64,000 bases of DNA from Squalus acanthias. Lineage: Eukaryota. The translations under genes were made by a program, and so were the position numbers. The notes beneath the pieces were generated by a model that did not search any database, was not told where the DNA came from, and was given only the letters and a program-made list of their open reading frames with translations. The stretch covers positions 186,001-250,000 of the forward strand of contig JASTWF010000344.1 of assembly GCA_030390025.1 (NCBI GenBank). The letters run 5' to 3'. Shown here piece after piece: positions 48,958-62,317 of the stretch. Numbering within the stretch: the first letter of the stretch is position 1; each line of letters opens with the position of its first letter.

Positions 48958-50365
48958 GTAGGAAAAATAGAAACATCACCTACACCTTAGAAAATAAGAA
49001 ACTGAATGGGGTAGAAGAACAAAGGGATCTAAGGATACAGGTGAACAAATCATTAAAAGTAGCATCACAGGTCAGCAAAGCAATTAAAAATGCTAACAAA
49101 GCACTGGGATTTATTTCTAGGGGTATAGAACTCAAAAGTAGAGAAGTTATGTTAAACTTGTATAGGACCCTGGTCAGGCCACACTTGGAGTACTGTGCAC
49201 AGTTCTGGTCTCCATACTATAGAAAGGACATAGAAGCACTGGAGAAAGTGCAAAAAAGATTTACAAGGATGGTACCAGAACTGAGAGATTACAGCTATCA
49301 GGAAAGATTGAACAGGTTGGGGCTTTTTTATTTAGAAAAGAGAAGACTTAGAGGTGACCTTCCAAAACGAGCTTCCGGCCACATATCTGCCCCATAACTA
49401 AGACCGCCTATTTCCGCCTCCATAACATCGCCTGTCTCCGCCCCTGCCTCAGCTCATCCGCTGCTGAAACCCTCGTCCATGCCTTTGTTACCTCGAGACT
49501 TGACTATTCCAACGTACTCCTGGCTGGCCTCCCACCTTCTACCCTACGTAAACTTGAGGTCATCCAAAACTCGGCTGCCCGTGTCCTAACTCGCACCAAG
49601 TCCCGTTCACCCATCACCCCTGAGCTCGCTGGTCTACATTGTCAAATTTTGTTTGATAATCGCTCCTGTGAAGTGCCTTGGGACGATTTACTATGTTAAA
49701 GGCGCTATATAAGTACAAGTTGTTGTTGTTGTTGATCTGATAGAGGTCTTTAAAATTACGAGTGGGTTGGACAGGGTAGCTGCGTCTCGATTTTAATTCC
49801 GGGTGAATTCCCCTCTCAGGCCTGAGTCAGGTCTTAATGATGTCATCTGTCCGCAAGATGCCTATGTAAAGAAGGACCCTGTTGGCTCCGGGCACGTGTC
49901 CTTGCTGCCCGCTCAGGAGAGCAGGTTAAAATTGCAGATGTTGCGATCATGGCGGCATTCAGACGGGTAAGAGCCAGGGCGATTTTTAACTGCCCACCTG
50001 CCAGTTTCTGCTGAGGGAGTAGGGTTAAAATCACCCCCGTTTCCACTTGTGGGAGAATCCAACACTTGGGGCTATAAATACAACATAGTTAATAATAAAT
50101 CCAATAGGGAAATAAGGAGAAATTTCTTTACTCAGAGAGTGGTTAGAATGTGGAACTCGCTACCACCACAGGAAGTGGTCGAGGCAAATAGCTTTTAAAA
50201 GGGAAACTAGACGAGTACATGAGAGAAAAGGGAATGGAAAGATATGCTGAATGGCTGAGGTGAGGTGGATGGAATGGGAGGAGACTCGTGTGGAGTATCA
50301 CCACTAGCACAGACTAGTTGGGCCGAATGGCCTGTTTCTGTGCTGTATATGCCATGTAATTCTAT
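48958..50365 (+). mobile_element. CR1 3' fragment with nested inserts
   Basis: ORF 49041-49397 (LVRPHLEYC); resumes at ~49734 and ~50040. Confidence 0.8.
49369..49733 (+). mobile_element. L2 3' fragment
   Basis: Homologous to 23846-24550; ends aaggcgctatataagtacaag(TTG)n. Confidence 0.8.
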
Positions 50366-50371
50366 GTACAG

Positions 50372-50685
50372 TGCTGTGGGATCTTTTATGTCCACCTGAA
50401 CAGGCATATGTGCCGTGGGTTAATGGCTCCACCAGTGACACCTCCGACAGTGCAGCACTCCCTCAGTACTGCCCCTCCGACAGTGCAGGCTCCCTCAGTA
50501 CTGCCCCTCCGACAGTGCAGTGCTCCCTCAGTACTGCCCCCTCGACAGTGCAAAACTCCCTCAATACTGCCCCTCTGACAGTATAGCGCTCCCTCAGCAC
50601 TGCCCCTCTGACAGTGCAGTGCTCCCTCAGTACTACACCAGCACTGTCAGCCTAGATTATGGGCTGAAATCTCTGGTGGGGTTCA
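50372..50685 (-). mobile_element. Deu-SINE fragment with about 6 copies of the 33-bp unit (50441-50635)
   Basis: Repeated cctccgacagtgcagcactccctcagtactgcc. Confidence 0.85.
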
Positions 50686-51074
50686 GTTGCGAGTGTCATC
50701 TGATGCTTCCAGAAATGTTGCTGAATTCAGTCCTACTATCCCAGCAGAATCTTCGCCTTTTCCATGTAGCAGGATGCTGAAGCCAGTGGAGTATAAACCT
50801 GCACACAATGTACTTACAAACGAGACAGTTACCAAACCTCAGCTATTCTCCTGGGGAGGTGAGATCAGACATTGTGCAAAACAACTTTCAAACCACAAGT
50901 GTTTGAAAATTACCTGCACCTCTTACTCACTTCCTCCTGACGCTCAGTCATAGGCATGAAATGGAGTGAGGAATGTTTTTGGTTTGTTTCTGTTTGGGAA
51001 ACTAAGGCTGGATTTGAGCAGCAGTTTGAGGAAAAAGCCGTGTCTCTGGTCTCCGCTAATAATCAACCCCCGTC

Positions 51075-51399
51075 GTTTTACAAAGTGCCACACAATAGAC
51101 TTGTTAGCAAAATTAAAGCCCATGGGATTAAAGGGACAGTGGCAGCGTGGATACAAAATTGGCTAACGGACAGAGAATAGTGGTAAGAGGGTGTTTTTCA
51201 GACTGGAGGGAAGTGTACTGTGGTGTTCCCCAGGGGTCGGTATTAGGACCACTGCTCTTTTTGATATATGTTAATGACCTGGACTTGGGTGTACAGGGCA
51301 TAATTTTAAAGTTTGCAGATTACACGAAACTCGGAAATGTAGTAAACAATGAGAAGGACAGTAACAGATTTCAGGAGGACACAGACAGACTGGTGAAAT
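51075..51399 (+). mobile_element. CR1 RT fragment
   Basis: [24 protein letters not shown]. Confidence 0.8.
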
Positions 51400-54300
51400 G
51401 GAACATAGGAATACAGGAGGAGGCCATTCAGCCCCTCGAGCCTGTTCCGCCATTCAATGAGATCATGGCTGATCTGCGACCTAACTCCATATACCCAGTT
51501 TTGGCCCATATCCCTTAATACCTTTGGTTCACAAAAAGCTATCAATCTTAGATTTAAAATTAACACTTGATCTAGCATCAATTGCCATTTGCGGAAGAGA
51601 GTTCCAAACTTCTACCACCCTTTGTGTGTAGAAGTGTTTCTTAATTTCACTTCTGAAAGATCTGGCTCTAATTTTTAGACTATGCCCCCTAGTCCTAGAA
51701 TCCCCAACCTCCAGAAATAGTTTCTCTCGATCTACCCTATCTGTCCCCTTAATATCTTGAAAACTTTGATCAGATCACCCTTAACCTTCTAAATTCTAGG
51801 GAATACATCCCTAATTTGTGTAATCACTCCTCGTAACTTAACCCTTGAAGTCCGGGTATCATTCTGGTAAACCTACACTGCACTCCCTCCAAGGCCAATA
51901 TATCCTTCCTAAGGTGTGGTGCCCAGAACTGCTCACAGTACTCCAGGTGTGGTCTAACCGGGGTTTTGTATAGCTGCAGCATAACTTCTGCCCCCTTGTA
52001 TTCTAGTCCTTTAGATATAAAACCCAGCATTCCATTAGCCTTTTTGATTATTTTCTGTACTTGTTCATGACATTTTACCTGGACCCCCAAGTCTCTTTGG
52101 ACCTCCACTGTTTTTAGCTTTTCACCATTTAGAAAGTACCCTGTTCTATCCTTTTTAGGTCCAAAGTGGATGACCTCACTTTTGCTTACATTGAAATCCA
52201 TTTGCCACAGTTTTGCCCATTCATTTAATCTATCAATATCCCTTTGTAATTTTATACTTTCATCTACACTGCCTACAATACCGCCTATCTTGGTGTCATT
52301 GGCAAATTTGGATATATGACTTTCTATGCCATCATCTAAGTCGTTAAGAAATACTGTGAATAGTTGAGGCCCCAACACAGATCCCTGCAGGACACCACTA
52401 GTCACATCCTGCCAATTTGAGCACCAACCCATTATCCCTACTCTCTATCTCCTGCCGCTCAGCCAATTTCCTAACCAGGTCAATAATCTGCCCTCAATTC
52501 CATGGGCTTCGACCTTAGTTAACAGTCTCTTATGTGGGACTTTATCAAATGCCTTCTGGAAGTCCATATAAATAACATCCATAGGCATTCCCCTGTCTAC
52601 TATTTTAGTCACCTCTTCAAAAAAATTCAATCAGGTTTGTCAGGCATGACCTGCCTTTCACAAATCCACGCTGGCTCTCCCTGATCAACTGAAAATTTTC
52701 GAGGTGTTCAGTCACCCTATCCTTAATTATAGACTCTAGCAATTTCCCGACAACAGATGTTCGACTTACTGGTGTATAATTCCCTGGTTTCCCTCTTTCG
52801 CCATTCTTAAATAGCGGAGTGACATACGCAATTTTCCAACCTAAAGGAACAGTTCCTGAATCAAAAGAACTTTAGAAGATTATAGTTAGGGCATCTGCAA
52901 TGTGCTCACCTACTTCCTTTAAAACCCGGGGATGGAAACCATCTGGTCCTGGGGATTTGTCACTCTTTAGTTTTTTTTAATTTATTCGTTCATGGGATGT
53001 GGGCATCGCCAGCAACGCCAGCATTTATTGCCCATCCCTAATTGCCCTTGAGAAGGTTGTGGTGAGCCACCTTCTTTGTAGCAGTTTGGTACAACTCGCT
53101 CGGCCATTTCAGAGGGCAGTTAAGAGTCAACCGCATTGCTGTGGGTCTGGAGTCACATATAGGCCAGACCGGGTAAGGACGGCAGATTTCCTTCCCTAAA
53201 TGACATTAGTGAACCAGATGGGTTTTTACGACACTCCGGTAGTTTCATGGTCACCATTACTGATACTAGCTTTTTATTCCAGATTAATTTAATTAACTGA
53301 ATTTAAATTTCAATCCGTGGTGGGATTTGAACTCATGTCCCGGATCATTCATCCAGGCCTCTGGATTACTAGTCCAGTAACATAACCACTATGCTATCGT
53401 TCCCAATATTTAGTGCCATTATTTTCTTCATTACTGTTATTTTACTTATGTTAATTTTATTGAGTCCCTGTCCCCGATTCAATATTAGTTTCCTTGGGCT
53501 TTCCAGCATGCTATTCTCTTCCTCTACTGTAAGTACTGATGCAAAGTAATTATTCAACATGTCCGCTATTTCCATATTATCATTGACAATAACACCGCTT
53601 TCAGTTTTTAAGGGGCCAATATTGCTCCTGACCACCCTCTTTCTCCTAATGTAACTATAAAAATTCTTTGTATTGATTTTGATATCCCTTGCAAGTTTCT
53701 TTTCATACTCCCTTTTTGTAGCTCTTACTATCAGTTTGTGACCCTTTGCTGTTCTTTGTATCTTTCCCATTCACCAGGATCTGCGCTATTTTTTGCATTT
53801 TTGTATGCTTTTTGTTTTAGTTTTACGCTGTCCCTTACCTCTTTAGTCGTCCATGACTTTTTTTTTGGCAAGTAGAGCTCTTGCCCCTCATGGGTATAAA
53901 CTGGTTCTGTATCACCTTAAATTCTTCTTTGAACATCTCCCACTGATCTTCTGTCATTTTACCCATTAACAGATTTGCCCAGTTTACTGTGGACAGTCTC
54001 TGCCTCATCCCGTTGAAGTCGTCCTTACCCAAATCTAGAATCTTAGTAGCTGTTTTGCGTTTCTCCTTTCAAACACAACGTTGAATTTGATCATGTTATG
54101 ATCGCTATTGGATAAATGTTCACACACAGTGAGGCTGTTAACTAAATCTGGCTCATTACTAAATCTAATATGGCTTGCCCCCTTGTTGCCTCTGGGACAT
54201 AGTGTTGTAGAAAACTATCCCGGACACACTCAGGAAATACACTACCTTTCTGACAGGTGCGAGTCTGCTTTTCCCAATCTATATGAAAGTTGAAATCCCC

Positions 54301-54720
54301 CATTAAAACCACTCTGCCTTTGCTACACACTTGTCTAATCTCTGCATTTATACAATCTAGCACTTCACAGCTGCTACCAGGGGGTCTATACACAACTCCC
54401 ACTACAGTCTTAAATCCTTTACTATTTCTTAATTCTACCCATAAAGTCTCCACTGCCTGCTTACCTCTCTTTATATCCTCTCTTATCATTGAAGTGATTT
54501 CATCCTTAATCACAAAGGCTACTCCTCCCCCTCTGCCATTTTCCCTATCCTTCCTGTAGACCTTATAACCTGGTATATTTAGTCTCCAGTCCTGACCGTC
54601 TTGCAGCCATGTCTCAGTAATGGCTACCATGTCACACCCTCCAGTTTGAATTTGTGCCTGCAGTTCATTCAATTTATTCCTTATACTCCGTGCGTTTGTA
54701 TAAAGAACGTTTATTTGGGC
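51400..54720 (-). mobile_element. Decayed CR1 ORF2 (endonuclease to 3' tail)
   Basis: LYTNARS (54142-54723), RT pieces 52445-52630 and 51824-52432. Confidence 0.9.
52971..53405 (-). mobile_element. tRNA-derived SINE whose tail matches the 41107-42215 LINE 3' end
   Basis: A box TAGCATAGTGG, B box GAGTTCAAATCC; tail ..cttctcaagggcaattagggatgggcaataaatgctgg..; TTTAG flanking duplication. Confidence 0.75.
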
Positions 54721-54749
54721 CACACTCCCTAGCCTGTCCTTCAGGCGAC

Positions 54750-54995
54750 ATTAGGAAACATTTTTTTATGCAGCGGTTTGTTGTGATCTGGAATGCGCTG
54801 CCTGAAAGGGCGGTGGAAGCAGATTCAATAATAACTTTCAAAAGGGAATTGGATAAATATTTGTAAAGGAACATTTGCAGGGCTATGGGGAAAGAGCAGG
54901 GGGGGAGTGGGACTAATTGGAGAGCTCTTTCAAAGAGCCGGCACAGGCACGATGGGCCGAATGGCCTCCTTCTGTGCTGTATCATTCTATGTTTC
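54750..54995 (+). mobile_element. CR1 3' end fragment
   Basis: RKHFFMQRFVVIWNALP followed by a tail. Confidence 0.75.
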
Positions 54996-55579
54996 TGACT
55001 CTCACTGGGGACTGGGTTCCACAGGCACTGGCCCTCTGATACCTCACCCACATCACCATTCTTCATATGAGAGCCTGGACAGTGGCAGCATATTCAACTG
55101 TGGAGGGCATCATAGATGACCCTGAACTTGCCCTCATCTGATGTGCACAGGAAGCAACTCTCCTACACCAACCCCAATTATCACTCTCTAACCCTTGCAT
55201 TGACTGGGATGAGGTAACTCGGCACAGACCGGGAATGAGATCTGCCCACGTCTCAGAACCTCATTGACACATTGGAGAGGGGTCATGCACTACTGAACCC
55301 TCTGTTCACACTGAGATCAAGTTGTAATCTGGACCTGTGATTGTGTGTCTCTGACTAATACCCATGCAATGTCAGTTCCAGTGATTGTGCTGAATTCTCT
55401 GATCCCCATTAACTGACATCCCCAGATCTGAAGCTAGATTTTCACCTCCAGGTTTTTACAGGCAGGTAGCCCATAATGATCACAGAGAGCAGTGCAGTGC
55501 GACGCTGAGTAAGCTATAACAGCAGAGCTACTCGGATGCTCCCAGAGAGTGCCAGGATGTGATGTTTAGAAGAGCAGTA

Positions 55580-58500
55580 GCATCCTAGGATTTTAAAAGT
55601 GGCTATAGAGATAGTAGATGCATTGGTTGTCATCTTCCAAAATTCCATAGATTCTAGAACGGTTCCCGCAGATTGGAAGGTAGCAAATGTAACCCCACTA
55701 TTTAAGAAAGGAGGGAGAGAGAAAACGGGGAACTACAGACCTGTTAGCCTCACATCAGTAGTTGTGGAAAATGCTGGAATCTGTTATAAAGGATGCAATA
55801 ACTGGGCACTTAGAAACTAATAGTAAGATTGGGCAGAGTCAACATGGATTTATGAAAAGAAATCCTGTTTGACAAACCTATTGGAGTTTTTTGAGGTTAT
55901 AACTAACAGAATAGCTAAGGGGGAACCAGTGGATGTGGTGTATTTGGATTTTCAGAAAGCATTCGATAAGGTGCCACACAAGAGGTTATTGAACAAATAC
56001 ATCACATCCACTTAGATCCAAAGAGGAATCATAAAGTTGCCAGAAAAAGTAGCAAGCCTGAGGATTGGGAGCAGTTTTGAGTTCAACAAAAAAGGACCAA
56101 GAGATTGATTAAGAGGGGAAAAATAGAGTATGAGAGTAAACTTGCAAGGAACATAAAAGTGGACTGTAAAAGCTCTACAAGTATGTAAAAAGAAAAAGAT
56201 TAGTGAAGACAAATGTAAGTTCCTTACAGTCAGAAACAGGAGAATTTATAATGGGGAACAAGGAAATGGCAGAGCAATTAAACAAATTCTTTGGGCTGGA
56301 TTTTCTGAATGTCCCGCCTCCATCAGCTTCTGGCCAACCAGCGGGATTTTCCCCTGATTGACCTTGTTAAGCCCGCCCGGCGGGCTCAGCAGGCCAATTA
56401 GGGGGAAGTCAGTGACAGAGCACGTCAACGTATGACGTGTCATCTGTCAAATTTTGAAAGAAGAAATGTCATCGTTTGACAGCTCTGTGAAGCTATCAAA
56501 CACTGACATTCTGTGTAGTTTGATGAGTCCTTGTGTTCAGGACTCATCAGACTTTTCTACTTTGCAGAAATCAGCTGGCTGTTTTATCGGAAGATGCAAC
56601 AGCCAGTCTGTGATCTCTACAATGGAGATGTCGGGGACTCCGGCTCCACAGCAGCTGAAGGCTGTAGGTCGAAACAAAGGTAAGTTAACATTTTTTAACA
56701 CTTTACACTCACCTCACATACTTACCACTCCACACTTGCACCCATCACTCACCTCTACATCGCACTTTCAGACCCCTCCGACCCCCACAGATCTCCTATT
56801 CGCCTCCTACACCCCGGCTGGTTTCCCCAGGTCAGGAATCCCGCACTTCAGGATGAAAAATGGGGATAATCCTATTTTCTGCCTGTTAACTACCTGTTAA
56901 CAGGCAGTTAATAGGCTTTAATCCCTTCCCGCCTCCAAGGAGACGGGACCCGGGGCATGACGGCTACCTGCCTCCTGGCAAGAGGGCACGGAGGTGGGTT
57001 GGGGCGACTTTGCCACCCGTCCCCAAATTCTGCAACTATCCCGGCAGTCCCGCCTCCATACCCGCCTCCTCGGGGCTGAGAAAATCCAGCCCTTTGGCTC
57101 TGTCTTCACGAAAGAGGACACAAATAACTTCCCAGAAATGAGAGGGAACCAAGGTTCTAGTGAGAAGGAGGAATTAAAGGGAATTAGTATTAGTAAAAAA
57201 AATAGTGCTGGAGAAATTAATGGGACTGAAAGCTGATAAATCCCCAGGGCCTGATAATCTGCATCCCAGAGTACTAAAAGAGGTAGCCATGGAAATAGTG
57301 GATGCATTGGTTGTCATCTTCCAAAATTCTATAGATTATAGAACAGTTCTGGCAGATTGGAGGGTGGCAAATGTAACCCCACTATTTAAAAAAGGAGGGA
57401 GAGAGAAAACAGGGAACTACAGACCGGTTAGCCTAACATCAGTAGTAGGGAAAATGCTAGAGTCTATTATAAAGGATGTGATAACAGGACACTTAGAAAA
57501 TATCAACGGGATTAGACAAAGTCAACATGGATTTATGAAAGGGAAATCGTGTTTGACAAACCTACTGGAGTTTTTTGAGGATGTAACTGGTAGAATAGAC
57601 AAGGGAGAACCAGTGGATGTGGTGTATTTGGATTTTCAGAAGGCCTTTGATAAAGTCCCACATAAGAGGTTAGTGTGCAAAATTAAAGCACATGGGATTG
57701 GAGGTAATATACTGGCATGGATTGAAAATTGGTTAACAGACAGGAAACAGAGAGTAGGAATAAATTAGTCTTTTTCGGGGTGGCAGGCGGTGACTAGTGG
57801 GGTACCGCAGGGATCAGTGCTTGGGCCCCAGCTATTCACAATATATATCAATGATTTGGATGAGAGAACCAAATGTAATATTTCCAAGTTTGCTGATGAC
57901 ACAAAACTAGGTGGGATTGTGAGTTGTGAGGAGGATGCAAAGAGGCTTCAAGGCGATTTAGACAAGTTGAGTGAGTGGGCAAATACATGGCAGATGCAGT
58001 ATAACGTGGATAAATGTGAAGTTATCCACTTCGGTAGGAAAAACAGAAAGGCAGAGTATTATTTAAATGGTGATAGATTGGGAAATGCTGATGTACAAAG
58101 GGACCTGGGTATCCTTGTACACCAGTCACTGAAAGCAAACATGCAGGTGCAGCAAACAGTTAGGAAGGCAAAATGTATGTTGGCCTTCATTGCAAGAGGA
58201 TTTGAGTACAGGAGCAAGGATGTCTTACTTCAGTTGTACAGGGCCTTGGTGAGACCACACCTGGAGTACTGTGTGCAGTTTTGGTCTCCTTACCTAAGAA
58301 AGGATATACTTGCCATAGAGGGAGTGCAGCCAAGGTTCACCAGACTGATTCCTGGGATGGCAGGACTGTTGTATGAGGAGAAATTGGGTCGACTAGACCT
58401 GTATTCACTAGAGTTTAGAAGAATGAGAGGGGATCTCATTGAAACGTATAAAATTCTGACAGGGCTAGACAGACTGGATGCAGGGAGGATGTTTCCCCTG

Positions 58501-59943
58501 GCTGGGGGGTCTAGAACGAGGGGTCACAGTCTCAGGATACGGGGTAGGACATTTAGGACTGAGATGAGGAGAAATTTCTTCACTCAGAGGGTGGTGAACC
58601 TGTGGAATTCTCTACCACAGAAGACTGTGGAGGCCAAGTCACTGAATATATTTCAGAAGGAGATGGATAGATTTCTAGACACAAAAGGCATCAAGGGGTA
58701 TGGGGAGAGAGTGGGAATATGGTATTGAGATAGAGGATCAGCCATTATCATATTGAATGGCGGAGCAGGCTCGAAGGGCCAAATGGCCTACTCCTGCTCC
58801 TATTTTTCTATGTTTCTAAACAAAATTAGAGCTCATGGGATTGGGAATAATATACTAGCATGGATTAAGGATTGGTTAACAGGCAGAAAACAGAGAGTAG
58901 GAATAAACGGGTCATTTTCGGGTTGGCAGGCTGTAACTAGTTGGGTACCGCAAGAATCAGTGCTTGGGCCTCAGCTATTCACAATCTACATCAATGATTT
59001 GGATGAGTGGACCAAATGTAATATATCCAAGTTTGCTGATGATACAAAGCTAGGTGGGAATGTAAGTTGTGAGGAGGATGCAAAGAGGCTTCAAGGGGAT
59101 ATAGACAGGCTAAATGAGTGGGCAAGAACATAGCAAATGGAATATAATGTGGAGAAATGTGAAGTTATTCACTTTGGTAGGAAAAATAGAAAAACAGAGT
59201 ATTTTTTAAACGGTGAGAGATTGGGAAATGTTGGTGTTCAGAGGGACCTGGGTGTCCTTGTACACAAATCACTGAAAGCAAGCAATTAGGAAAACAAATG
59301 GTATGTTGGCCTTTATTCTTATACTCAAATCCTCCTGTAATAAAGAGGTCTTACTGCAATTATATAGGGCCTGGTGAGACCACACCTGGAGTATTGTGTA
59401 CAGTTTTGGTCTCCTTACTTAAGGAAGGATATACTTGCCATAGAGGGAGTGCAATGAAGGTTCACCAGACTGGTTCTTGGGATGGGGGATTGTCCTATGA
59501 GGAGAGATTGAGTAGACGAGGCCTACATTCTCTAGAGTTTAGAAGAATGAGAGGTGATCTCATTGAAACATAAAAAATTCTTACAGGGCTTGACAGGGTA
59601 GATGCAGGGAGGATGTTTCCCCTGGCTGGGGCGTCTAGAACCAGGGGTCACAGTCTCAGAATAAGGGGTCAGCCATTTAGGACTGAGATGAGGAGAAATT
59701 TCTTCACTCAGAGGGTGGTGAATCTTTGGAATTCTCTACCACAGAGGGCTGTGGAAGCTCAGTCGTTGAGTATATTCAAGACAGAGATCGATAGATTTTT
59801 GGATGTTAAGGGAATCGAGGGATATGGGGATAGTGCAGGAAAATGGAGTTCAGGTATAAGATCAGCCATGATCTTATTGAATGGCGGAGCAGGCTCAAGG
59901 GGCTGAATGGCCTACTCCTGCTCCTATTTCTTATGTTCTTATG
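55580..59943 (+). mobile_element. Two nested CR1 copies: outer 55580-55998 plus 58817-59943, inner ~56010-58816
   Basis: [10 protein letters not shown] breaks at 55998 and resumes NKIRAHG at 58818 with AACAAA duplicated; inner ORFs 57205-57768 and 57790-58728. Confidence 0.85.
56293..57092. mobile_element. 800-bp non-autonomous DNA transposon (Harbinger-like)
   Basis: Perfect 14-bp TIRs GGGCTGGATTTTCT, 3-bp TSD TTT; excision restores NKFFGSVF. Confidence 0.85.
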
Positions 59944-60204
59944 TAGTAGTGTTATACAGTGAAACACAAAGGATTCTGCGAAACTCTGGGTGTGTGACCC
60001 TTTGAGGAAGGGTAATTACTGATAATTGAACACTGGGTGAGTTTGTCACTTAACGAGGCTGCCGACACTCTGGGTCCAGTATACAGAAAGTTGAGTGTGT
60101 CACTTGAAATGTGTGCGAGATGTAGAGATTTTATATAATATATAAAAACAGAAAATGCTGGAAATACTCAGCAGGCCAGGCAGTATCTGTGAAGAGAGAA
60201 ACAG

Positions 60205-60241
60205 AGTTAACGTTTCAGGTCGAGAACCTTTCGTCAGAACT
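60205..60241 (-). ncRNA. Minimal type I hammerhead ribozyme in the PLE 3' UTR
   Basis: AGTT-CTGACGA-A-AGGT tctcg ACCT-GAAA-CGTT-AACT: stem I AGTT/AACT, palindromic stem III. Confidence 0.75.
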
Positions 60242-60531
60242 GGAAAAAAGCAGGAAATGGAACAGATTTTTAAGCAAGTGTAGGGGCTGGGAAAGGGGGG
60301 AGGGGATGAAAGAATAAAAGGGAAGGTCTGTGATAGGATAGAAGGCAGGAGAGATTAAGAGACATTAAGAGATATTCAAGGCAAAAGGAGATGGTAATGG
60401 GACAGGTTAAGAAACAAAGGATGACTCTGGATGAAGTGTAAATTGCGCTGGCAGAATGAAAGCCATGTGGGAGAAGAAAAGACACAAACAAAAGGTGTGG
60501 ATAAAAAATATATATATGATAGGGGCCGAGG

Positions 60532-62317
60532 TTATGATCTGAAATTGTTGAACTCTATGTTGAGTCCAGAAGGCTGTAAAGTGCCTAATCGAAAGATGAG
60601 GTGCTGTTCCTCGAGCTTACGCTGAGCTTCAGTGGAACAATGCAAGAGGCCGAGGACGGTGAGGTCTGAGTGGGAGTGGAGCGGAGAATTAAAATGACAG
60701 GCGACCAGAAGCTCGGGGTCCCCCTTACGGACTGAACGGAGGTGTTCCGCAAAGCGGTCGCCCAGTCTGCGTTTGGTCTCCCCAATGTAGAGGAGACCAC
60801 ATCGTGAGCAGCGAATACAGTATACTAAATTGCAAGAAGTACAAGTAAATCGCTGTTTCACCTGGAAGGGGTGTTTGGGGCCCTGGACAGTGGGAAGGGG
60901 GGAGGTATAAGGGCATGTGTTGCATCTCCTGCGCTTGCACGGGAAGGTGCCGGGCGAAGGGGAAGGGGTGTTGGGGGTGATAGAGGAGTGGACCAGCGTG
61001 TCGCGGAGGGAGCGGTCCCTTTGGAATGCTGAAAGGGGAGGTGAGGGGAAGATGCGTTTGGTGGTGGGATCACGCTGGAGGTGGCGGAAATGGCGGAGGA
61101 TGATCTGTTGAATGTGGAGGCTGGTGGGATGAAAGGTGAGGACAAGGGGAACTGTATCGTGGTTCCGAGAGGGAGGGGCAGGGGTGAGGGCAGAAGTGCG
61201 GGAGATAGAACGGACATGGTCGAGGGCTGTGTCAACCACAGTAGAGGGGAATCCTCGGTTGAGGAAAAAGGAAGACATGTCGGAAGCACTGGTATGGAAG
61301 GTGGCATCGTCAGAGCAGATGCGGCGGAGACGGAGAAACTGGGAGAATGAAATAGAGTCCTTACAGGAGGCGGGGGTGGGAGGAAGTGTAGTCCAGGTAG
61401 CTGTGGGAGTCAGTGGGCTTGTAGTGAATGTTTGTCAATAACCTATCCCCAGAGATGGAGACGGAGAAGTCCAGGAAGGGAAGGGAAGAGTCGGAGATGG
61501 ACCATGTGAAGGTGAGGGAAGGGTGGAAATTGGAAGCAAAGTGAATGAAATTATCTAGTTCAGGGCGAGAGCAGGAAACGGCACCGATACAGTCATCAGT
61601 GTACTGGAAAAAGAGGTGAGGGAGGGGACCTGAGTAGGACTGGAACAAAGAGTGTTCCACATATCCCACGAAATGGCAGGCATAGCTAGGACCCATGCGG
61701 GTTCCCATAGCAACACCTTTGATTTGGAGGAAGTGAGTGGAGTCAAAGGAGAAGTTGTTCAATGTGAGAACAAGTTCAGTCAGGCGGAGGAGGGTGGTGG
61801 TGGATGGGGACTGGTTGGCCCTCTGTTCAAGGAAGAAGCGGAGCGCCCTCAGGCCATCCTGGTGGGGGATGGAGGTATAGAGGGATTGTACGTCCATAGT
61901 GAAAAGGAGGCGGTTGGGGCCAGGAAACTGGAAAATGTTAAAGTGGCGGAGGGCGTCGGAAGAGTCGTGGATGTAGGTGGGCAGAGACTGGACAAGGGGA
62001 GAAAAAATAGAGTCGAGATAGGAAGAGATAAGTTCCGTGGGGCAAGAACAGGTTGAAACGATGGGTCTACCAGGGCAGTCCTGTTTGTGGATCTTGGGAA
62101 GGAGGTAGAAGCGGGCTGTGCAGGGTTGGGGAACTATGAGGTTGGCGGCCGTGGGGGGAAGATCTCCAGAGGAGATGAGGTCAGTGACGGTCTTGGAAAT
62201 GGTGGCTTGATGTTTGGTAGTGGGGTCATGGTCCAGGCGGAGGTAGGAGGAGGTGTCGGAGAGTTGGCATTCAGCTTCCACTAGGTAGAGGTCGGTTCGC
62301 CAAACAACAACAGCACC
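60532..62317 (-). pseudogene. PLE RT plus GIY-YIG endonuclease, frameshift near 61370
   Basis: FYLLPKIHK, GRPIVS, MDVQSLYTSIP, GVAMG, YTDD; NLVYCIRCSRCGLLYIGET, GLN. Confidence 0.9.

Noticed and set aside
49781..50040. Possible small MITE inside CR1
   Set aside because: Only a short GATTTTAA/TTAAAATC match and no clear TSD; left unclassified
50683..50989. Minus-strand two-exon model giving ...EEVYTPL...
   Set aside because: Weak acceptor, stop at a SINE boundary, and it overlaps a better plus-strand candidate
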